The translations under genes and the position numbers were made by a program. From Raillietiella orientalis (Eukaryota): a DNA stretch of 64,000 nt. Shown here piece by piece: positions 13,181 to 25,200 of this stretch; position 1 is the first letter of the stretch; each line of letters starts with the position of its first letter. The notes below the pieces were generated by a model, which was given only the letters and a program-made list of their open reading frames with translations, was not told the origin of the DNA and made no database searches. The DNA lies in the NCBI GenBank assembly GCA_036172245.1, contig JAYWIR010000010.1, positions 4,712,001-4,776,000 on the forward strand. The letters are read 5' to 3'.

Positions 13181-14258
13181 TTTTCCAAATCGATGCAATT
13201 TGTCAAAAAATGAAATTATCTATATGCTTCTGGAATTCATTGGAAAACAGCGAGCTTTTTGCTGCTGCCATAGAATGTAAGAATCTGGGAAAATAAGATG
13301 GTACAAGAATACTTCAGGTATGTGCAAATACAAAAAATTTTTACTTGATTCTCAGAGCTGGTGCCAGTATCCCAGTAGAGTGCAGTATGTGGTTCTTATG
13401 CTATGGTAAAGTTTGAGAAAAATTTTGTAATATATTAGATTATCAAATAGACAAGTTACTTACGTGGCAACACTTGTTACAGTTGCACATTTTTGTTCCT
13501 GCAGTGTATGTGCTTTGACAGTCCACCCTGTTGGAATCGTATTTTCCAGGATTCAAGTTGTTCCTTCGGAAATGCTGGGCTTACAGGACTGTTGATAACA
13601 CGAAATTAAAAGGCAATGATGCTTTTTTATTTAAGCAAGTAAATTTTGCATAAAGCAGTGTTGGACACTTTCACGTTCCCAAAAATCAGGGACAAGTGAT
13701 GTGATTATAAGTAAGAATTTGAATAGTTAACGGATCTGTTATGAATGGGATGTAATTCCATACGTGTGCGTGTTTTCTCCCCTTAAATTAGTAATTCACA
13801 AGTAGTCGCATCTATCATTTACAGTTTGAAACTTTAGCAATTCACTTGATTAGTCACATCATTCCATGTGATAGCAGGACACACAAATACGCAACGTGAA
13901 GAGATTTCATTTAGGTCCGATCATAATCATAAGCTTGGAAAAGTACATAAAGATGGCAAGCACTTTCCATTTGATTCTTGTTTAATAAATAAATGCAATC
14001 GTATCCTGCAATTGGATATTTGGTGTACACCCTTGATTTCCCTAGTGAGAAATAGATTGAAGACAAAAGTAAATTTCCATATTAATTCCATCGATTATCA
14101 ATTTCCTCATGAGTTTATGATTTTAATATATGCATGCTGAATCAATACTTTATGAATTGATGGTGATCTCATGATCCCCAGTCACTTGAACACATCTTTT
14201 TGATAATTTAATAACCAAGGTTATTCTAGAGCACACACCAACTTTAGAAACATAATTC

Positions 14259-14264
14259 TTTATT
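14259..14264 (-). promoter_or_regulatory. Probable polyadenylation signal of the UQCRC2-like gene
   Basis: AATAAA on the minus strand about 100 nt after the stop codon. Confidence 0.5.
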
Positions 14265-14366
14265 TAGAAGTTTGTGAAAACACACTGCAGGAGCAGTCTA
14301 TTGTGCTAACTAGAATGACTGAAAATCTGTTTTTACATAATTGTTTTTGAAACTAGGGGATGTCAA

Positions 14367-16277
14367 TTATCTCAGCTCATCCATGTAAGGTACATTATGT
14401 AAACATCCCAAAGCAGCCATACTGGGTCTTCCTTTCTTAATTCTATGCACCATCTTAAACAAATGAAACACAATAGGCCAATTCATTCAGTAATTCAGAA
14501 CCTACTTCTAGGATGTCAGCTGAAGTTACTTCTTTGATCTCCTCTTCCAGTTGGTGTGTAATACTGCCACAAAATAAAGCAGATGGTATCATACTGTCTA
14601 AAACACTCCTTCTAGACTCTTTCTCCATCAAATATGCAGCTAGAGCTTGATTCTTGGCTTGACTAATGATATCTTCTGGAAGTCCTACGTTCAAGATTTT
14701 GCAAAAACAGGATTTCAAATGTTCACACAACTGAAAGCAAAGATGTTAACAAGCAAAAACAATCTTACATGCTACTTGCCTGCCTCTCATGAATTTCTTC
14801 TACGGACAGAATGAATCCAAACAAACCACTATCACTGTAGCTAACATACAAGCAAGACACTGCAAAAGGTGAACTACATATTTTTGCAGCTTCTCTGCTT
14901 AAAATTCCTGCATGACATGCTCCCCATTTCATTCTTGGGCCACAGCCAAGTGCTTGCTGTAGCACCTTACATGTTGCAACATCCTTAGCTACAAGCATCC
15001 TTCATCAGTTGATTGTAAAATTAGTGACTCTAGTCTGCAGTTTACCCAGGACATTCCCATGCCAATGCTACGTGTGCCAAAGATCCACCAGTTTCTTTTC
15101 GTTCTTCACCAGCTTTGTAAGCTGCATCAACAACAGGACCAGTTCCAGTAACAAGAGGAAGATTTTCTGCAAACTCAGTCAGCATTGTAGTATCTACTCC
15201 TAAGCCAATGACAGCAGTGCTATCAGCTTTGAAATGCTCTTTTAAAAAGTCTTGAAGCTGAATCAAAAAATGCATTTTAAACTTTAACCTACAGAGAACA
15301 TCTTTGTTACCATAGTTGTATCATGGTTTCCAATCATAAAACTTGGACAAAATAAACTATGACCAAGATTCCTGTTTCTATATGCTGCATGGTGCAACAT
15401 TTCCACAACTCTTAATTGTGGGTTCTGTTTCATGAATGCTCGATCTAGCTTTAAGTGATTAATGACTTCATCACTCTTCACTTCCCAAGGTTTGAATGAT
15501 GGGTTACAAATAGCTGAAGTAACATATGGCAACCCACTTTCACTATAAAAACAAAAGCATTAATGATAACTCAAACATAGAAAACACAGGAAACTCACAC
15601 ATAATCCCTCAAAACTGTGAAACAGTATGCAAAGTATTCCCTTGTAGTTATAACATCTAGAGAACCACCAAATTGTTGTATATTACGTACTATTCCAAAA
15701 TTGGTGAATTCTTTCGAAGCAAGCCCCGCACATACTCTTAAGCAATGTGTGATTCCATAGTTTGTACAATTTTCAAATTTGCTTCCTGCTCTACAGTGCA
15801 CAGTAATCAATATTAGTGTTTTGTTGAAAGACGCATACACATATATATAAAAATACAAATACATAAAAACTGTTACTTGAAGACAACTGCAACAGTGGCA
15901 ACAGGTGCATAGCTCTCCACAGCATAAACGGATATTCCGGTAAGACTTTTAAAAAGTGTTGCCTGTTGGTCAATTGGACGATGCACCTGGACATCAAATT
16001 TTTGTTTTGCTTGGGTGGAATAATTTCTCTGAAACAAACAAACTGCAAACGGATTGAAATATGTACTTCCCACTTCGTCGTTTCCTTAACCATCAATCAT
16101 GTAACATGATGATACCATATCAGTACATTATATTCGTAAAGATATTTAATTTACGTGTTTAGCAACATGAATACATAAAAAATCACATTATGAGAGACGC
16201 CGATAATTACATTTTCAAATTATCATGCTTACCGTTACAAAACTATAAAGCTTATTTCGATGAACGAAATTTCTCAT
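14367..16277 (-). CDS. UQCRC2: Cytochrome b-c1 complex core protein 2 (mitochondrial, M16 family), 8 exons, 454 aa
   Basis: Exons 16277-16233, 16028-15877, 15790-15599, 15542-15311, 15257-15046, 14999-14780, 14730-14506, 14453-14367 join in phase (1365 nt). Presequence MRNFVHRNKLYSFVTRNYS. Motifs AGSKFE..GITHCLR..AGL, GIVRNIQQFGGSL, PSFKPWE, LHHAAYR, SYSDSGLFG, C-terminal MAALG.LHNVPYMDEL. Lacks the HXXEH of MPP-beta. Confidence 0.92.
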
Positions 16278-17399
16278 TTTTTCAGAAGCAGAAACCCAAG
16301 TGCGCAGGATATCAGCATGATTCGGTACATAGTTGTGATTTTTCCTTACAATGGGAAGTTTAATTAACAATATACGAACAGTTCTTTAATAACTTAAAAA
16401 CAATAAAAAAATTTTAATTCAAATATTTATTTTGAAGACAAAACCACAAACGACCATGTATGATTATTTATCCGATTATCTGCTTTATCTTGATAATCAT
16501 GATTACACTACATTGTAGCAGATTGATCTTGATCACAATTATTATTTAAACTTGGGCGTGGAGGTGCTCAAAAAATATACATTTCAACAAATACACATTC
16601 ATGTAGTTTCTTGTAGGAGTCTAAAACATTCCTATAAAAACAAACCGATGACAAGTATGACATGATCCGGTTCCTTTTCCAATGAGTTCAAGAAGATGAA
16701 TAAATTGATCGTACAACGGACACTAAATCTAAAGTCAGTTTTGAGTAAATGATCAATGGTAGCATACTTTCGGGAAATGCTTTGTTTTTTTTTTAAACCA
16801 TTGCTACTAATGACATTCCGAAAAGTACTGCGTTTTTCATAATTTCAGCGCCTATTAACTTATTAAGATTTCAGATATAATGATTGAGATTTTTATCAGG
16901 ATGTATAGTCCCAGTTGTTCATTTTTGAGAGGAAATGATTCAGCAGTCACAGTGCATGGAATTAATTGCATGAGTTTTGCTTACAATATAACTGCATAGT
17001 AAGCAAGGACATGTGCTGCTAACGGTGTTTTTTTTTCTTTCTCACAATTATCTCATCCTTATAGACATGATGTGTATTACTGACACGAGGCTGCATTTTT
17101 TGAAATCATTGTCTAAGGGAATGAACGCCAAATACTGGCTTTGTTACATGAGTGTTACATTCGCAGTTGATCATAATGTAAGCAGATTCATGTTGTAAGC
17201 AGTAACGTGTTGAGGGCCCTTTTCGGTGGTCAGCATCATGAGTTCAATTACGTGGAAAGGGACCATAATAATAGAGTACTCATGTCAAGGATTAGGAGCA
17301 CAATATCCAAACCACACAAAGATTTCTTATAAAAATAAATCTTAGGTAATTTGCTTGCTTTGGGCAAGTTTCTTCGAGAGTCTGAGCTCTCTTGACAAC

Positions 17400-19900
17400 T
17401 TTCCAGCTGATGCTGAATTGCAGTCTTAAGTTTTCATCTTGTAATTCACAGAGAATGTTTGCGATTAGAGGAACGGGGGAGCAGTTTTATCAATGTATAA
17501 TTTTTTTCACAGTTCGTAGGAAAATAGCTAATGGACTTCTTAAGTCATAGGAGAATGGAACACTGTCACTATATGACCGTTAGTTGAAGCGCTCATCACT
17601 CCCTTAATAACCTCAAGGATGGATCTGCATACGAGTTCTTGAAGGTTTCTGAAGGTCTTTGAAGCTCTTGCAACAGGTTTATTGAACTGCAAGCACATTC
17701 CGAAGATTGAGTTGTTTATGAAGATTTTAGGTACGTCTTATGGAGTCTTATGGACTTGTTCGTCATTTTAACAGAAATGGAATGAAGCCGTTGTCCATTT
17801 GTATCAGAAATTTTTTCATTTGTGTGGTTTCAGATGGAAGGCTAGGTTTGAATGCAGGCAAATTCTAATCACGATCTATCCAATCATCTAACTGCTTAAT
17901 TAATTTACATAAAATTCCCTGCGATGAATTGGAATTTGTTAAGAGTACTTAGAGACGGAATCCTCGATTAGAATCTCGAATCTGGGTCCTAGCGCTGTCG
18001 TCACCAAAACCTGATGTTGGCTGAAGAAAATCTCATCAAAACCAATCATCTTTAGTCATCTATCATTGGCAGAAGACTGGAAACATTTGTGACCTCTATG
18101 CCCATGGATTCTGAAATTATGCCAAAGGTGTCATTTCTGTGATATTTAAGTGTGAACAGTCAATCAGCTGAGAAATCGCATCAGCATATCTTCTAGGATT
18201 TGGACTGAACGTCTGAAAGAATGTTTTTTTCATGGATAATGGCATTGGGCGGCTATTAGGTATCAGGATGGGAATTATGCCTCTGTACTCATTGAATGAA
18301 TATAGAGAAGAAGCTACGAGATTAGGAAGATAAGTTCTATTAAGAAAATATGTTGAATCAAAAGTACTTGGTGCTACCACTAAAAACAAAAGAAAGTCAC
18401 TGTTTCTCTTCTCTCACGACTTGTGATGTATTACAAAAAAAAAAAAAAATTCTCTTAATTTAGGGGTTCATCAATAGAGGGTAAATTAGAACACGAAAAC
18501 GAACTCATAATATTTCAATTTGCTAGGATTCCAATGAATTCACTGTGCCAGTTTTCACAGTTCCACAAGCATGATGCAACAAGGTTCTCTGCAGGACATT
18601 CAGGACAACAAGGTTCGCTATGCTCGCGTTATACTAAATTTTCTGCAAGACTCGCTCCCATAAAGCGTTTTATCTTGCGGTGGATTTGTGTTTTTCATTT
18701 TTGAAGCAGTTTTTAGGAAATCGTGTTTTCATAATGCATGGCTGTGCTCATGTTGGTTAGCCAATTTGGAAACGTGTAATGTCATGTTCTACTTTCAGAG
18801 ATCATATGGAAGGCACAGTCTTTTCATATTGAGGCTGTCATTTTTCCCATCAAAATGAAAAAGGAAATGATGATCATGGGCATGCAAACTCTGCCCAATA
18901 ATTGCAGTCAAGGAAAGAATTAGCGAATATCAATGGTATGAAGGATGTTGATTATCTTAGGATTATGAATTGTCCAGGTAGACTCCTCAGATCCTCAGGT
19001 CTTAAAAGTTCCTTATATTTGGATAAGAAACCTTCCTCTGTGAAAACGTATTGAAAATCTTGTCAATAAAAGCAAGAAATGAGGCATAGACAGGAAGTAG
19101 GGAAAAAAGAGTATATCGTAAACTGTAGCCAAAGAAGTTGCATGGAAGGTAGTTTAGCGACTTGAAGCTTGACTTCAGCACGGAATCCCAATTAACTGGA
19201 TAGATGTTTCATATGAAGATTCATTCACTTTCTTAGAATCAGTGTCGAAGTGATTGAAAATTCAGAAAAAATAGGTGACCTTAGATGGAATTGTACTCCT
19301 CTGGCACAATTTTCCAAAACAAGCAAATGCAGAAAGCATGCTTTGTGTTCCATCGGCACCAATGATACTCTCCGAGTCCATAATTAATTTCCGGGAAACC
19401 CTGAGAAGCAGAACATCCAGTTTCCAAAATGGAAGGGAAGAAGACGTGAATTTGCAGTTGCCTTCCAGTGCACTGAAAATAAGGCTTGAAAGAAAAAAAA
19501 TTGAAAACTCATATCCCCAAACCAGTCCCTAGGCACACTAGGGTAAGAATGATCATTGTTTCCTATTCCCTTATTGAGGATACCAAGAGGTTACATCGGA
19601 ATTTGCTCATGGGAGATATCCACTTGATAAATGATGATAACACAAAGCATCCAAGAAAGTTTCATTGCCTCTTTCCGGTGACTGTATATGTTTGCTTGAA
19701 ATACCATTCTGTTAGCAGCAACATAAAGCTGGTTACTAAAGTCAGATTGTAAGTTTCTCTCGTGAATTTTTGTAGCTCTGTATTTACAAGATAAGAAAGC
19801 AAAAGAGGATTTTAATAAAGGAGATCTCCTAAATCTTGATGATATTCTGAGAGCATCTTAACGGAAAATTTAACGAAGACTATTTCTGAGAATAAACAAC
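17400..19900 (-). mobile_element. Heavily decayed CR1/L2-like LINE ORF2 remnant
   Basis: Weak ordered motifs across frameshifts: LCQRSTIPS (~19300), ILSDVQSK/RRYADA (~18190, YADD-like), LVCRSILE (~17620, VRPILEY-like). Confidence 0.3.
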
Positions 19901-22277
19901 ATCAGCTGGCACAATGTTCAAAATTTCAGAAGGAAAGTTTTTCTAAACAATCCTATCCCTTCAATCTATCAAGAGGAAGGAAAAAAAAAAAAAAACCATT
20001 CGATGTTTCCAAGGTGAATTTTCGAATCGCTACTCTAAAAGGTAAACAATCCAAATGACAACTTTTATAGTACCTCTTCTATTGACATTGCATATGCAGG
20101 GCACTCCTATCGACCCGTTTTTGTGCATTCTGAAAAAATCTAGAGACATTTAAATTTGCCTTCCCCTGTGCAGTACTTCAAGACCAGAGTTGCTGCTCTA
20201 CGCTTCCCAAATTCGTTGCAAACCGTAATTTAACTAATGAATTCCGAATCTCAGGAAGCCAAATTACATTGCTGAGCATTCAAGCTAAAGAAATTATCAT
20301 GGATGAAATGAACTTTCCATTCGAAGCTCGCATGCAGAACCCGGAGTTCAATACGCCCGTGTCAAGTGCATCCATTGCATCTGACCACTTTCCGTAAACG
20401 GATGCTCAAAGCAATCAACGTACTCTGAATGCGAAAATCACAGCCACAAGTCGGTACCTAGCATGGAACTTTCGGAACCAGAAATACGTGATGGAGAACA
20501 CGATTCGTTGAAGTATGATCATCTTACAACATGATCTGTCATGTAACCTCAAAGAGTGACTGTTTTCTGCTGTTGCTTTAGTCATATGTACTAATCGTAA
20601 TAACAGCAGAACCTGCTTTCTTTACGGTTTTGTTTCATAAAGAGCATTATCTGGAAGTTCCTCTTTCATTGTGTCACCGATGAGAAAGGAAGACGGAGAG
20701 AAATGGTAAGAAATTCTCTGATTACGGTGAGCATAGTGGCTTGTATCCTAAATGAGAAAGGCAAAAACAGAAAGCTTTTGATGAGAAGCTAAATGATTCT
20801 TTCCAGAACTTCACAAGGCCAAGGAGATAATGGGAAGGCGCCTCGAAAGTCTGTTGAGAGTTCACTGCTTTGGGCCAAAAGCACACGACCATCCAGATTA
20901 TGTCTACGACAAATAAAATTTTAAAATAGGTGTTCTCAAGAGTCCTCTGGAAAACTGAACAGAGGAACATTCACACGTCCACTGAAAGAAGAATTATTCT
21001 AGCCAGCGCCTCATTACGATGGCTCCCTGAATCGAAAATGCCTTCTTTTAATTACAGCATGTGAAAACGGATGCCGAAGAGACACTCAGGGGATTCTCCT
21101 CTACTTACTGGCTTCTTTTCCACGCTAGAAGGCTCTACCGGAGGTTTTTTCATTTTTTACAAAACCTTTTCTTACAAGCATGTTCAAGGGCTCTCGATAA
21201 AGCCAAATTAGTACAGGTAAACAAGGATACATTCATGTTGAAAACCGGAATGATCTCGAAATTTCTTCATCGTGCCCTCTGTCACCCTCTGATTCTTTTA
21301 TTCTCAGACTTGTCATTTAAATACTAAGGAACGTGCATGAATTCTCTTGCAGTCACACATATCGGAGTTACAGTGGGTGAGATGCGTTTGGATATGTGCA
21401 CTCAATGGATTACAATATCTAACTGATTCTTATTTATATCGATTAGGGCCTGTTGTATTTACTGATTTTGGCCATATTTACTGGTATTTATATTTAATGT
21501 ATTCATTCTTCAGTAGTTTGCTCCAGATCCACAAGAAAGTTAGCGAGAATCTCAGCTTACGATACTGAACAATTTATCAACAACTGCCAAGTAGCAGAGC
21601 TAAGAAATCCGTTACTAGAAGATTAGAAAGGAACCATTCATTCAGGATGCTTTTTCGTTTATGAACACATTCTAAATGTCAGAGAAGCTGGGTCGCTCCT
21701 TGTTGAGCCTACACGTGCTGATTCTATGTGAGAACGTGAATGTACAAGCAGAACCTTTGTATTTCAACGAAGAGGACCAGTTTCTTGTTGGTGAACCGCT
21801 GCAATTGATTCTGATTTCTCGACTTTCGATGTCTTCCAGCTTCTAAGGACAGCAACTGATGTACTCTAGTCGTATCAGATCAGGAATGAACTCTGCTTTT
21901 GTTCGTGCAAGCTGATGATGTTTTGTGTGTTCCCCAAGCTTAGAACATTAACCGGGAAATCATCATGTAAGATGATTCCGTAAGCATTCAATGACAAAGA
22001 AAATAGATTTCGCGTTTTTATTTAACCAGTGCAGGAGGTTGCGAAGTGCAAATTTGATTTCTCGAATATTGGTTTACACCAAATCTGAATACTGTGTCAC
22101 TATAAATCAGCGAGTTTTTAGTCTCAGGAATCCCACTGGTTGTGTATGTATGATGCTTGATTCTGAATCCGAAGCTATGACTGTACAACCACCTGAAGCA
22201 TTGGCTTAACGCGTAGCTTTGGGTATATAGGTTGGAGCGTGTGACCAACTCGAACTAGTAGAGAGTGACAGTTAATC

Positions 22278-25200
22278 ATGAAGCAAAAGTATCAGCTTGA
22301 CAGTGCAGGCTTGTGGCCTCATCCGGATAAGTTTGCCTCAACCATCGAAGTGCGTTCCTACCCAAAGAGATGGCTTTTGTTAGTACTGTTGATGCTGGTC
22401 ATATTGCTAAATACCTTCTTGAGCACTCAATATTTGCTAACGACACAGTTGATGGATGTGCTCTGTCCAATATCTGAAATCCTTTCCACCAAAATCTTTC
22501 TCCTGTATTCTATAATACCATTTTTGTCCATCATACCATCCTGCTGGATACTGCATTCATGGGTGAGTCAATTCTGCCGGTTCAAAGTAGTGTGAGCGGG
22601 AGAAAAAAAAAAAAAAAAACGGTTAACATTTAGTGTTTGTTATGACTGCTGTTTTTTTCTGAATGCCAAGGTTTTGTCGAATGCCTCGCGAAAGTGTTTG
22701 TATCCAGTGGGAACTGACAGAAGTGCTTCTTGTCTGTCAAGAAGCAGGATTTGTTTGTGCACTTGACGTCGGGAAAGAATGGCAAGAAGATGCTGTCGGT
22801 TGGCTGTCCGTTCCCCCAGACACAGCGTGAGGCACTGTGTAGACGTGGGAAATGGAAAAGTCCTAAATTTCAAACAAGAACGGAGTTTGCATCCTCGCGA
22901 AATGGGACTGCCTTCATGTGAACTCTTTGCCATACCCATGAACAAAGGACCGCATTGGCAAGAAATGCACATCCCCTCAGCAAAGGTCATGAAAATGTGA
23001 CAGAAAGCTTCAGCATTGCATATTGCTGAGAGAAGCATTTGGCCACTCGCTTTCAGGTACTTCGATGGGAAGACCGCCTAATATCGTGGATTATGCACAC
23101 GCTTCATTGAGATTTCTACTAGTAATAATAATGACGCGCGATTTTCAAAAGTGACCAACGCCATGCAGCCACTGTTTTACTACTACTGATGGAGTGCAGG
23201 GAAATCGACGCATCCACTTTCTCATTCACTTTCTTTTGTTTTCATGGAAAGTTGCTGACATCTTTATGTATGCTTGTTCTCAAGTGCGCTGGTTCTGGAG
23301 CAAAAGAGAGAGCCGCAATGGTGTAACGTACAGAGAGCTGTTGCGATGGTGTGAAGGTGCTGCAAACCCTGTGTCTGAGGAACAGAAGCCGTTTTCACAG
23401 CACCTACCACTATCCTAAAAATAGGGAAGCACGTACTAGTTATTGTGGACCTGGTTTTCACAAGAATTCCTGCGCAACATCAGGTCATTTTTCATGGAAA
23501 ACCAGAAGGAAGCTCCAATGGAAGCTTCAATGCTGTAAGAACGTATGACGACTGAATAAGACAGATAAGAAAAAAAAGTAGCTTAACGATACGCCAAACG
23601 GAAAACATCTGTCCCATGAAGAACACGCTGCTTATGGGCTCAGTCAACATCTTCACTTTACAAGAAATACGCGTGCAATTACAATCAATCTTTGCAGCCT
23701 CCGAGACCAATTAGCTCTCTCAATCAAAAACCAAACTAAGAACTCATTTCGATGCCATTACCGTACTTGAGAATTAAAAAGCCACCATGGTTTAGCTTTT
23801 GTTCTCTATGAGAAGGTAGAAAATGACCATCCATGTTTGCATTTTGAATATCAAAAGTGCTCCAACTTACCACTTTGCCTTGGGCCTTGATTATGGCATT
23901 GAATTCCCTATTCCCTTCTGGCAGTGCTTTCCATCCAGTCTTGCTCATAATTAAATTTATGAATAATTTCAATGGAAAGTTCGGATGGCGAGTGACAGGT
24001 GTTCAGTTTTGACTTGTCCATAACGAGTGTGATTAGTCACACTAAAGAAAATAATGCAAAAAAAGGATATTTGCATTTTGTTTGAGCAATGTGTTCACGA
24101 GGAGAACGTTCTTCTCAATGTGTACAGTTGCACTCTGACATTCTCGAGTGCCTTAACGTTCACCACTACCTAGCACTGTTACCGTTCAGATTTACAGAAG
24201 AGTGTGGTGGACACCCTCAAGCACCACGTGTGTTCCAAGTGCAGACTTGGGCGCCCTGAAAAGGGACCTGTTGCATGTTCCTATCAGTAGATGACACTGC
24301 CATTCTGAATAGAACGAGAGCTGCTTACAAGGTTGCGATAATTCCAAATTCTTGAGGCGTTGGGGTGATTCGAATGAGGGATTTCGGGGACTCCCGGAGC
24401 ACAGTACGGCTGCACGGCTGTACGCATTGCCGTTCTCCGTGCTTTCCCGAATTCTGAGATAGGACGAATCGCAGCAAAGTTCTCATTAGACCACGCTTCT
24501 GTTAGCACGTCTCTCTGCAAAAGAGCTCTGTAGTTGGTGTCTTCCGACACCTCGTTTCTGGCCGATTACGAAGCAGGGGCTGAGTGCTTGCCTTCGGTTC
24601 TGCGGTTTGAAAGCTCCAGATCAGTGGAATGCTCGCATTTTTTCTAGTGAATTTTCTCTCTTCTTTCTAGCTCGCTTCTCTTTTCTATTTGTATTCTGGT
24701 TCATTTCTAACAGGACCGAATCGCCCGCGTTGGCGGCTGTGGCTACGGTCTCCGCACATGGTACCGGACCGCAGCCACACAGCAGCCCAGGCTGAACGTG
24801 GTACCAAGAGTTGCGGGTTCCAATACGCAAAAAGGATCGACGCCAGAGAAGTGGGCTTGGAGTTGCCTTCGCAAGATGACGCTGCTTGTCCTGTAGACTA
24901 CAGGTGCGGCACTGGTTGAAGCCGGATTCTCCTTTTGACCAATTGGAATTGAACCTTCCGGGTCCCTTCCAGGAAACAAGGAACCGTTTTTCTTTTGGGT
25001 TCCCCTCCGGTTGGGCAAATGGAGATGCCCATCGAGTGCCATGGAGCAAATATGTGCTTCTGCAGAGTGTCAAGAAGTGAGCTGTCCCCTTCGAGGAGAG
25101 ACTCTTCACAGAAATGAGAAAGCGTTCCTTCATGGTTTCCTCCAGAGTAGAAATTCAGGAGCGCGAATCCTTTTCGGGTTCCACTCGGAGAGGACACGAG

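Noticed and set aside
16067..16096. Alternative UQCRC2 first exon (MVKETTKWE)
   Set aside because: Needs a 38-nt intron and gives an acidic N-terminus; exon 16277-16233 gives a typical basic mitochondrial presequence with a GTAAGC donor.
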